A stretch of DNA of 64,000 nucleotides from Sedimentisphaerales bacterium (GTDB lineage Bacteria; Planctomycetota; Phycisphaerae; Sedimentisphaerales; Anaerobacaceae), in the NCBI GenBank assembly GCA_963708075.1, contig OY970194.1:4992001-5056000 (forward strand), given 5' to 3'. Each line of letters begins with the position of its first letter. Position 1 is the stretch's first letter. A program made the translations under genes and the position numbers. Shown piece by piece: positions 11,036-20,016 of the stretch. The notes beneath the pieces were generated by a model. It was given only the letters and a program-made list of their open reading frames with translations. It did not search any database and was not told the origin of the DNA.

Positions 11036-11273
11036 GGGACCGTTGATTTCGGGCTTATGCTTGAGATTGTCACGGGGGAAACACCAGACGAGAGACAACG
11101 CGTACACACCCTTGCTGATGCCCTCAAGCCCGTTTACCGTGCATTGGCCTGATATGAGGTGCACCTGAACAAAGCGTCGATTTGGCCGCAGGAATTACGT
11201 GTATCCGTGGACAGATGGATTCGGAGGATTGCTGTTTCACGTAACTGCTTCAGTCTTTTTGGGAGGGTATATC

Positions 11274-12971
11274 ATGACGGCACACAGAGTCACCGTTCTG
11301 CTATCGGCAACCATCCTCGCTATCCCCTTGATTAAGGCGAACAATGCCCAAGTCGTCATTTCCGACGACGGCTGCACATCGTGCTGGACGTTGACTGTCT
11401 CGTCGACGGAACGGGGCTCCGTGGTGATGCCGGGGGAGGATGCTTTTGTGTATCTCACCGGCGACTTGGCGCCGGTGGAGGCGGTGGCGGAGGAAGGCAG
11501 TCAGTTCACGCATTGGACCGGCACGGCCGTCGATGCCAATGCCGTGCTCGATCCGTGCGCCCCGCACACAAGCGTCATGATGGATGCGAATTACACGCTG
11601 GTCGCGCATTTCAAGCCTCAGGGCGAGCCTTGGAGCACCGTTTATTTCAACAACTTCGAGGGCCATGTCGGCCCCGAATGGTCGCACAACGCGGTCGATG
11701 CCACGCCCGTCGGCGAGCGACGCTTCCTGGGCCAGTTTGGCAATGATGCCGTGACACTGACCTTGACTGGTTTACCGGCACACTCGCGGGTGAGATTATC
11801 CTTCGATCTGTTCGCGATTCGCTCCTGGGATGGCAATGGCGAAGTCTGGGCGGAAGGGCCGGATCATTGGGCGTTGACCGTGGATCAGGAGAAGCTTCTG
11901 GATACCACGTTCAGTAACCACCCCTGTGCGATCTATTATGATCTCAGCAACACGGCCACCGATTCGCCGACACAGGCGTTTCCCGGGAATTGTCCCGGCC
12001 AACAACACCCGCCTCAAACCGGAGCAGCCGAGATGCAATCACTTGGCTACACGTACTCGTTCCCGTCATCTCCAGATGGGACACAACTACAGGACGCAGT
12101 CTACCACTTGATCTTTACTTGCGAACACTCCAGGAGCCGTGTGACTGTATCTTTCTCTGCGTCGGAGCTTCAAGGCCTTGAGGACGAGAGCTGGGGTCTG
12201 GATAACGTAAAGGTCGAGGTCGTCCAGGACGAAGGCAAGGCCGAATTGTCAATCTCTTCGACAGTGGGCGGCTCGGCGGCCATGCCGGGTGAAGGGATTT
12301 TCACGTACAATCGCGGGGAGTCGGTGGCAATCCAAGCGGCCTCCGATGCGGGCTATCGCTTCACGCATTGGAGCGGTTCGGCCGTAGATGCGAATAAGGT
12401 CGCCGATCCGGCTTCCGCAAGCACCACGGTCGTGGTGGATGGCGATTACACACTGGTCGCCGGCTTTGCCGTCAATCCGAAGACGCTGACCGTGTCCGCA
12501 GGAGCCGGCGGCAGCGTGACTGCTCCCGGCCAGGGGAGCTTCCCGTATCCGCAGGGGACGTGGGTGCCGATTCAAGCGGTTCCCCAGGCACACTACTACT
12601 TCACCCATTGGAGCGGCACGGCTGCGGATGCCGGCAAGGTCGTCAATTGCGGTCTGCCCGTCACGAGTCTGACCGCCGACGCCGATTACACACTGATGGC
12701 GCACTTCAAGGTCGAGCAGTACCGGCTGACCGTCTCTGCCGCCCAAGGCGGCTCTATCCACGTGGAGACGAGGATGGGGAACACCATGACCGCGTGGTAC
12801 GACGATCCGGTGCCTCTGTTGGATTGCTGGACACAGGTGACGGTCATAGCCACGCCACACGCCGGCTGGAAGTTCAGGACCTGGTCGGGCACCATGGGCT
12901 CCACCGAATCGCTCTTCACGTTCGAACTGACGGAGAACTTCATCCTCGAAGCTCAGTTCGTCCCGAAATGA
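11274..12971 (+). CDS. Secreted protein with four divergent InlB B-repeat-like domains and a central lectin-like domain
   Basis: GGGAGGG RBS, signal peptide; repeats LTVS..GGSV..PG.G.F.Y..G..V.I.A....Y.FTHWSG...DYTL.A.F; central domain ending ESWGLDNVKV. Confidence 0.75.
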   Translation: MTAHRVTVLLSATILAIPLIKANNAQVVISDDGCTSCWTLTVSSTERGSVVMPGEDAFVYLTGDLAPVEAVAEEGSQFTHWTGTAVDANAVLDPCAPHTSVMMDANYTLVAHFKPQGEPWSTVYFNNFEGHVGPEWSHNAVDATPVGERRFLGQFGNDAVTLTLTGLPAHSRVRLSFDLFAIRSWDGNGEVWAEGPDHWALTVDQEKLLDTTFSNHPCAIYYDLSNTATDSPTQAFPGNCPGQQHPPQTGAAEMQSLGYTYSFPSSPDGTQLQDAVYHLIFTCEHSRSRVTVSFSASELQGLEDESWGLDNVKVEVVQDEGKAELSISSTVGGSAAMPGEGIFTYNRGESVAIQAASDAGYRFTHWSGSAVDANKVADPASASTTVVVDGDYTLVAGFAVNPKTLTVSAGAGGSVTAPGQGSFPYPQGTWVPIQAVPQAHYYFTHWSGTAADAGKVVNCGLPVTSLTADADYTLMAHFKVEQYRLTVSAAQGGSIHVETRMGNTMTAWYDDPVPLLDCWTQVTVIATPHAGWKFRTWSGTMGSTESLFTFELTENFILEAQFVPK

Positions 12972-13210
12972 GCACCGGACCCACAGCAACCACGGGTGGA
13001 TAGTTCGGGAGCGGACATCCACAGCAGCGTGCCAATGGCCTTGTAGTGTTTTACGGAATGCGGTGTAGGGAACTTCCTTAGAGAGTAGAAGGGCGAGGCG
13101 CGCCTACGATAGCGGTCATTCAGGCCCACGGAGGCGGCCGGGACATGTCCAGCCCGCTCGCCTGCACCGTTCGGGCCTTCGCGCGTGCCTTAGGGAAGGG
13201 GGAATGCACC

Positions 13211-15859
13211 ATGTACGAGAAGGGGAGACATCCAGTTGCGGTCCTGTGGACTTCATTGATTGTTGTCACTCTCGGCGTCAGCCTTGTTTGTAGTGTGCCC
13301 GTAAGAGCCTGCCCTGAGCCTGCCGAAGGGGCATCGAAAGAAACGCCTCACGGCGTCACTACAAACCAGGCTGTCCAGAGACTGGATCTCACGCCGGCGC
13401 TGTTCGTAGAAAACCAGGGACAGTGGGCGGACCGGGCGGTTCGCTACGTGCACGACGGCAATCCCGTCGACGTGGCCCTGAGGGAATCGGGCATTCTCTT
13501 TCAGGTTGGCACACGGCCGCTGCAATTTTCCGCATCCTTCGTTGGGGCAAAGACGGTCTGTCCCGTGGGCCTGCAGCGCTCACATGCCGTCTTCAATTAC
13601 CGTGTCGGCAACCAGGCGGGCTGGAGAACCGGTGTCGCGTCCTATGAAAAGGTCGTGTACCCGGGATTGTACGAGGGGATCGATCTGCACGTCTGGGGCC
13701 TGCGCGGCCGGCTCAAGTATGAGTTCCACGTCGCCCCCGGCGCGGACTATCGCCGAATCGCTGTGCGCTATGAGGGGATCGAGGGCCTGTCGATCCGCGA
13801 GGATGGCTCCCTGGCTGTGAATCTGCGCGAGCAGCAGGACGTGATCCGTGACGACGCCCCATACATCTACCAGGAGATCGACGGCCGGAAGGTTGAGCTC
13901 CCGGGGCAATTCGTCGTCCTGGACAAGCGTACGTATTCCTTCGAGGTCACCGGGGACGTTCGTCCCGGGCACCCGCTGATCATCGACCCGAACCTGGCCT
14001 GGAGCACCCACCTGGGCGGGGCGCAGAATGACTATGCGACGGATGTCGCAGCCGACGCGACGGGCGACGTATACGTAGTAGGCTGGACGGATTCGCCTGG
14101 CTGGGCCAGCGGTGGATTCGATACGAAATACGAGGGCAATTTCGGCGACGCATTCGTCTCCAAGCTCAGCGGCGCCGGCAAGCACCTCTGGACAACATAC
14201 CTCGGCGGCACCGTGTCGGACTCCGGGCGGGCAATCACCGTGGACGCCCAGGGCAACGTATACGTGGTGGGTTATACCACTTCCGCCAACTGGACCAGCG
14301 GCGGGTACGACACGCAATTCGAAGGCAACGATCTCCATGAAGGCGACGGTTTCATCGTCAAGCTCACCAGCGCGGGGGCCCACGTCTGGAGCAGCTACCT
14401 CGGCGGGAACTCGCATGATACCGCAGAGAGTGTCGCCGTGGACGCCACCGGGTACGTGTACGCAGCAGGCACCACGAAATCAGCCGGCTGGATGATCGGC
14501 GGGTTCGATGAGAGCTTCGGTGGCGGCGCCGCGGACGTGTTTCTCGTGAAACTCGCCCCGGCCGGCGGCTATGTCTGGGGTACATACCTGGGCGGGGGCA
14601 TGGGTGACTCCGACGCGTTCGTAGCCGTCGGTGACGCCAACAGCGTATACGTGCTGGGCACGACCGAGTCGACCGGCTGGGCCATCCGAGGCTATGACAC
14701 AACGTTCGGCGGCGACTCGGACGCATTCCTGGCCAAGCTCACCGACACGGGCCGGCACCTGTGGAGCACCTATCTCGGCGGCAATGGCAAAGAAACCGGC
14801 GGCGGCCTGGCCGTGGATAGCTCCGGCGCCGTCTATGCTGGCGGCAGCACGAACTCGCTCGACTGGGTCAGCGGAGGATTCGATACCACGCTCGGCGACT
14901 CCTACTCCGACGGCTATGTCGTCAAGCTCACCAGTGCCGGCCAGCATGTCTGGAGCACGTACATTGGCGGCGCCAACGGGGAGTTTGCCGATGACATCTG
15001 CGTGGACAAGGAAGGCAACGTCTATTCGGTGGGCGATGTGTTTGTCGGCGAAGGCTGGCAAGCGTCGCCTTGGGTGAGCGGAGGATTCGATACAACCTTC
15101 AACGGCGGCGAATACGATGGTTTCCTCATCAAGCTCACCAGCAGCGGCGCCCATGCCTGGAGCAGTTTCATCGGGGGAGCCGGCAATGAGGGAAATTCCG
15201 GCGTGGCGGTGAATCCTGCCGGCGAGGTCTTCGTCGTAGGCGGCACAGCCTCCGCCGGCTGGACCAGCGGCGGCTTCGATACCACGTTCGATGGAGAGGA
15301 AGACGCCTTCGTGCTCAAGATCACCGAGGGCACAGGGACGGAACCGGGAACGGAGCCGGAGCCGGGGACGGAGCCAGACCCAGGAACAGAGACATTGACG
15401 AAGATTCCCGTGCATCGCTTCTGGTCGCCCATCAACTCGCGTCACTTCTATACGACGAGCGAATCGGAGAAACAGAACCTCATCGACAACTTCGAATACA
15501 TCTGGACCTACGAAGGGATTGTCTACTATGCACTGCCGGATGGCAACGAGCCCGGCAGTCTGCCGGTGTACCGCTTCTGGTCGCCGTCGGCCAGTGCTCA
15601 CTTCTATACGATCAGCGAGGCCGAGAAAGATGCGTTGATCCGTGACTTCTCGCATGTCTGGACCTTCGAGGAGAGGGCGTTCTACGCGTACCCGGAAGGC
15701 GCGCAGCCGGCGGGGACCTCCCCCGTCTACCGCTTCTGGTCCCCCGTCTCCAGCTCTCATTTTTACACGATGAGCGAGGCGGAAAAAGATGTGCTGATCC
15801 GCGACTACCCCGCGGTCTGGACCTTCGAAGGCATCGCCTGGTACGCCTACCCGCCATAA
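13211..15859 (+). CDS. Secreted SBBP beta-propeller repeat protein with C-terminal triple repeat
   Basis: FVENQGQW N-domain, IIDP, ~7 repeats W.SGGFDT.F.G..D.F..KL...G.H.WSTYLGG, GTEP linker, three VYRFWSP....HFYT.SE.EK..LI....WTFEG repeats. Confidence 0.85.
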   Translation: MYEKGRHPVAVLWTSLIVVTLGVSLVCSVPVRACPEPAEGASKETPHGVTTNQAVQRLDLTPALFVENQGQWADRAVRYVHDGNPVDVALRESGILFQVGTRPLQFSASFVGAKTVCPVGLQRSHAVFNYRVGNQAGWRTGVASYEKVVYPGLYEGIDLHVWGLRGRLKYEFHVAPGADYRRIAVRYEGIEGLSIREDGSLAVNLREQQDVIRDDAPYIYQEIDGRKVELPGQFVVLDKRTYSFEVTGDVRPGHPLIIDPNLAWSTHLGGAQNDYATDVAADATGDVYVVGWTDSPGWASGGFDTKYEGNFGDAFVSKLSGAGKHLWTTYLGGTVSDSGRAITVDAQGNVYVVGYTTSANWTSGGYDTQFEGNDLHEGDGFIVKLTSAGAHVWSSYLGGNSHDTAESVAVDATGYVYAAGTTKSAGWMIGGFDESFGGGAADVFLVKLAPAGGYVWGTYLGGGMGDSDAFVAVGDANSVYVLGTTESTGWAIRGYDTTFGGDSDAFLAKLTDTGRHLWSTYLGGNGKETGGGLAVDSSGAVYAGGSTNSLDWVSGGFDTTLGDSYSDGYVVKLTSAGQHVWSTYIGGANGEFADDICVDKEGNVYSVGDVFVGEGWQASPWVSGGFDTTFNGGEYDGFLIKLTSSGAHAWSSFIGGAGNEGNSGVAVNPAGEVFVVGGTASAGWTSGGFDTTFDGEEDAFVLKITEGTGTEPGTEPEPGTEPDPGTETLTKIPVHRFWSPINSRHFYTTSESEKQNLIDNFEYIWTYEGIVYYALPDGNEPGSLPVYRFWSPSASAHFYTISEAEKDALIRDFSHVWTFEERAFYAYPEGAQPAGTSPVYRFWSPVSSSHFYTMSEAEKDVLIRDYPAVWTFEGIAWYAYPP

Positions 15860-16833
15860 TCGCCGTCCGGCGACGGTTTCTCAGGCTGTTTCCCTGTCCA
15901 GCGGACCGGATTGGTTTCCGTGTGCACCCGGGCGCCGGGGGTGTCGGACAGGATCCCTTTGGCGTGGAGATACCGCAGGCAGCGGCGGCGAACCTGCTTG
16001 AGGGGCCCGGCGACGGCCCGGTGAAGCCGCAGGGGCAGGCTATCGTTTCGCGATAGTCGCTCCTCGGCTTCAGTCAACTCGGCGGGCAGGAATCTGCGCT
16101 TGTGCTTATAGAGATGATACAGATCATAGGCCTGGAGCCGGCGGCGCAGAGCGGCCGACAGCCGCTTGGAGAGAAGGCAACGATCTCCGATGTAGGTAGA
16201 GAGCTGAAAGTCAATGATCCAGGGTTGGCCATCGTCGCCGACGAGCACGTTGCCGCGCTTGTGCAGATCGAAATGGACGAGGCCGCGGGCGTGAATCTGC
16301 TGCAGCACGGCCAGGAGTCTCTCGAAGAAACCGGGCGGCAACGGGGGCTTGCGGTCCAGGCTGGCGCCTTCGACGTACTCGTAGGTGTACGCGGTTGAGC
16401 CCGTGCGCGCCAGGACCCGGGGGACGCCGCCGATGCCTTCACACCGCCGGAGATTGCGGACCTCTTTGTGTGTCACGAGCCGGCCGAGCCAACGGAGCGG
16501 AATGAAACAGAAATGCATCCGCCGGTTGATCTTGCAGATGATTCTCCGTGGACCGGCCGCGTCCATATCAGCGATCTCATATAAGCCCGTGCCGGCCATG
16601 AAATCGTGTTTGAGCACCGTCACCAGGACATAGGATCTGCTATCGCAATCTACTACCGCGGGCAGTCCGTTTCCGCAGGCATAGAAACACGAGCCAAACC
16701 AGCGGGCGACCCGTCCCCTCTTCGTTTGGGCGGATCCGGCGTCCGGTTCAGCCGAAGCGAGTTCCGGCCGCTGCGGACTGGAATCCCAATGACTGCCAAC
16801 ACATTGTTCTTTCTTCCTTGCCTGCATCTTCAC
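15847..16833 (-). CDS. RIO/Kdo-like protein-kinase-fold protein (start uncertain)
   Basis: YEYVEG, IHARGLVHFDLHKRGNVLV, WIIDFQ catalytic motifs. Confidence 0.75.
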   Translation of the reverse strand: MKMQARKKEQCVGSHWDSSPQRPELASAEPDAGSAQTKRGRVARWFGSCFYACGNGLPAVVDCDSRSYVLVTVLKHDFMAGTGLYEIADMDAAGPRRIICKINRRMHFCFIPLRWLGRLVTHKEVRNLRRCEGIGGVPRVLARTGSTAYTYEYVEGASLDRKPPLPPGFFERLLAVLQQIHARGLVHFDLHKRGNVLVGDDGQPWIIDFQLSTYIGDRCLLSKRLSAALRRRLQAYDLYHLYKHKRRFLPAELTEAEERLSRNDSLPLRLHRAVAGPLKQVRRRCLRYLHAKGILSDTPGARVHTETNPVRWTGKQPEKPSPDGDYGG

Positions 16834-17017
16834 ACAGTGCTCCGGCGTGGCTGTTCTCGTGCCGACAGTCTACCACGCCACTGGCCGGATTGTCACGTGC
16901 TTGGGAGGGATGCTTGCTTGCCTTCGCCGGCGGCCTCGCGTACCATAAGAGCACGGAGTGCGTGATGCAGCATGCTCGCGCCGGCGTACCCAAGGGTTCC
17001 TGTGAGAGGAGCAGTTT

Positions 17018-17341
17018 ATGGAAACCGCCAGACTGGCGATCCACGCGCGTGGCGAGAGTTGGGAAGTGGCCTTGAATCCCGAGGGCACGGTGATCGGCCG
17101 GGTCAAGCCCGCCGACATTCCACTCGACAGCCGGATGATTTCCAGGCGGCACGTGCGCATCTTCCGCGACCCGTTCGGGCGATGGATCTTCGAGGACCTG
17201 GGCCTGACAAAGATCTTCAAGAGCGCCCCGCCCGACTCCGCGCAGGGCCTCCTCAACGCAACCGCCGGCGCCGCGGAGGTCTTCCGGCACTCGCTCGCCC
17301 AGATGCACGACCTGACCCTGCTCGCCCTGAGCGTCCGCTAA
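17018..17341 (+). pseudogene. Internally deleted FHA::SpoIIE/PP2C fusion remnant
   Basis: FHA core (IGR..DIPLD...ISRRHVRI...W..EDLG) joined directly to a PP2C-like tail (F...AQMHDLTLLAL); GAGGAG RBS. Confidence 0.55.
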
Positions 17342-17374
17342 CACAGACGCAGAATACTGCAAGAGATCGGAGCC

Positions 17375-18926
17375 ATGATGAAGAATCGAACAGACAAGAA
17401 AGGTACAACACGGCGCGAATTCATGAGTCTTCTCGGAGCAGGCGCGGCGGCATGTGTCACGAGTCCGGCTCTGGCGGCAGAAGGCCAGTCGGCACTTGAA
17501 GTGGACCCCAAGCCTCGATTTGAGCTGTCGCCGTATCTGTACATGCAATTCATGGAGCCGCTGGGCGTTACGGATAGCTCGGTGGATGCCGCCTGGGACT
17601 TCGCGGCGGACCGCTGGCGCGAGGACGTGGTCGGGATCACGCAGGAACTGGCCCCCCCACTCATGCGATGGGGAGGCTGCTTCTGTTCCTATTACCGCTG
17701 GAAGGAGGGGGTCGGCCCCATGCACCAGCGACGTCCCATGCTCAATCAGCTCTGGGGCGGGATCTACATGAACCAGGTGGGAACGCACGAGTTCGCGGAC
17801 TTCTGCCGGCGCGTGGGAGCGGACCCTTTGATCGTGGTGAACTTCGAATCGGACGGGCGCGAGCACTGGCGGCGCTCGCCGAAGGGCGACATCCGATCCG
17901 CCGGACCGGAAGAAGCCGCCGAGTGGGTCCGCTACTGCAATGCCGCTGATTGCGCAGAGCGGCGCGAGCACGGCAGGACGGAGCCCTACAACGTCCGCCT
18001 CTGGCAGATCGGCAACGAGAACCTCTTACGACCGCAACGGATTCGATTGCGAGACCGCCGCCCGGCGCACCGTCGATTTCGCGCGGGCGATGCGCAAGGA
18101 AGATCCCGACGTTCAACTCATCGGCTGGGGCGACAGCGGCTGGGCGGGCCGCATGCTCGAAATCGCCGGCGAGCCGCTTCAGTACATCGCCTTCCATCAC
18201 ATGTTCAATCCCGATCGCGATATGCGGAACTCGCCGCTGCGAGGGATCGAGTATCGCAAAGACCCGGCCCGAACCTGGGAGCGGCTGATGAACGCGGCCA
18301 AGGTCCACGACGCCCGCATTCGGCAGATGCGCGAGCAGACAACCGGATATGACACACCACTGGCTATGACAGAATGTCACTTCGCCCTGCCCGGCCGCAA
18401 TCGATGCGATGTTCTCTCCACGTGGGCGGCGGGGGTCGCCAACGCCAGGCTCCTGAATGTGCATGAGCGTCACGGCGACAGGCTGAAGATCGCCACACTC
18501 GCCGACTTCTGCGGCACACGCTGGCAGGTCAACGCGATCATGATCCCGGTCCCCGGCGGCAAGTCCTACATGATGCCGGTGGCGCTGGTCATGGCCCTGT
18601 ACCGCCATCACACCGGGCGGCAGGCGGTCTCCGTGACTAAGGCGCCCGAGGACCTCGATCTGACGGCCAGTCGGACCGGCGACCGCCTGTTCCTCCACGT
18701 CGTCAACACCAGCCGGGAGTGGCCCGTCACCACGCGGCTGGCGGTAAACGGTATGCACATCCAGCGCGGAAGCATCTTTCAGCTCGCCGCGGACCCGGAA
18801 TTTGAGGTCATCGAGACCCGGGCCAACGAGATTGCCCCCATGCAGAAGGAATTGCCGGCCGACGGACTCTGGACCTTCCCAGCCGCCTCCGTCTCAGCAG
18901 TAGAGTTGGACGTGCAGCAGGCATAG
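17375..18926 (+). CDS. Tat-exported alpha-L-arabinofuranosidase (GH51), apparent +1 frameshift at ~18020
   Basis: TRREFM signal, MRWGGCF, NQVGTHEF, WQIGNE|TSY, LAMTECH. The ORFs join after removing one A in GAGAACC. Confidence 0.88.
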
Positions 18927-18991
18927 CGGGCAGACCTCATGGGTATGCATCGCGATCCGGCACGTGGTGGCTGCCCCGGCTCATTTGGCGG

Positions 18992-19019
18992 TTGCGTTTC
19001 CTGCATCCGGCCATAGAAT
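18992..19019 (+). promoter_or_regulatory. Putative sigma70 promoter giving a near-leaderless mRNA
   Basis: TTGCGT-N16-TAGAAT with only 9 nt before the ATG at 19029 and no SD. Confidence 0.4.
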
Positions 19020-19028
19020 GTCGTCATA

Positions 19029-20015
19029 ATGCTCGAGCTGCAAGAGAACATAGCGAAAGCTCAAACGGCGACGGCCAAGCTGCGCCACAAGGTGGTGGGC
19101 AAGGCCGCCCGGGAGTATTTCAGCGTCCTTGACCCGATCCGCAAGCCCGGCGCTGGCGATTTCGAGGCGGCCGGGGCCCGCGCACATGCGGTGCTCAAAC
19201 AGGAACTGCTCTCGGCTGAAACCATTGCCCTCATCAATGGCGGGACGAAGCTCGACGACGACGCTGTGGCGGCGGTAGCGTTGGGCTTCGACGGGATGGC
19301 CCGGCCGGTGCGAATCCCCGCTCCCGTCGTGACCGCGGAGACGAAGACGATCACGCTGGCCCTCGCCGCCGCGGCCGGCGCCGTGGGTGGCATGTTGGGC
19401 CTGGCGCCGCTGCTGCGGCTGGCGTTCGACGTGCGAGACCTCGGGCTGGTGCTGGGCGGGCCGCTGGGGGCCCTGATCGCTGTGCTCGCGGTGCATCGAC
19501 TGGCCCGGCTGCGATTGCTCACAAGGATCTTGCCTTGGTTCTTTATCCGGCCGAAGGCATTGCGCGGCGCGGTGCGCAGCGAGCATGAGAAAGCCGTCCG
19601 CGCGTCGATTGAACAGTGGGTGGACTGGGCGGTGTCGATGCTGGCCGTCCTGTGTCTCTACCGGTCCGGCCGGCCCCAGTCGCAGACAGACTGGGACAAG
19701 GCCCTGCGAAAGATCAGCAAACTGATCTATACGCTTCATCGCACGCCCGCCGAGTCGCTGCCTGTCGTCGCCCACGAACTCGTCCAGGAAGCCAAGAACA
19801 GCGGCTTCGAGGGTCTGGAAGGCTCGCCGGCGTTCCTCGGAACCGGCCGCGAGGAAAAAGAGACGATTTGCTGGAGGCAGGACCTCCAGAATAAATACGA
19901 GACCTTCGGCCATATCACCGAAGGCGATCAGGTCATGGTGGAGCGACCCGCCGTCGTCCTCGGCGGCGAGGTTGTGCAGCGCGGCCTCGTCAGGAAGGTT
20001 CGCGACAGGAAATAA
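19029..20015 (+). CDS. Membrane protein with GrpE-like C-terminus
   Basis: Two hydrophobic helices (aa ~108-155); C-terminus EGDQVMVERPAVVLGGEVVQRGLVR resembles the GrpE beta-head; stop lies 1 nt before the Hsp70 ATG. Confidence 0.6.
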   Translation: MLELQENIAKAQTATAKLRHKVVGKAAREYFSVLDPIRKPGAGDFEAAGARAHAVLKQELLSAETIALINGGTKLDDDAVAAVALGFDGMARPVRIPAPVVTAETKTITLALAAAAGAVGGMLGLAPLLRLAFDVRDLGLVLGGPLGALIAVLAVHRLARLRLLTRILPWFFIRPKALRGAVRSEHEKAVRASIEQWVDWAVSMLAVLCLYRSGRPQSQTDWDKALRKISKLIYTLHRTPAESLPVVAHELVQEAKNSGFEGLEGSPAFLGTGREEKETICWRQDLQNKYETFGHITEGDQVMVERPAVVLGGEVVQRGLVRKVRDRK

Positions 20016-20016
20016 G

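Noticed and set aside
13990..15320. SBBP DNA repeats as DGR template/variable repeats
   Set aside because: They are in-frame protein repeats with differences at all bases, and no reverse transcriptase is in the window.
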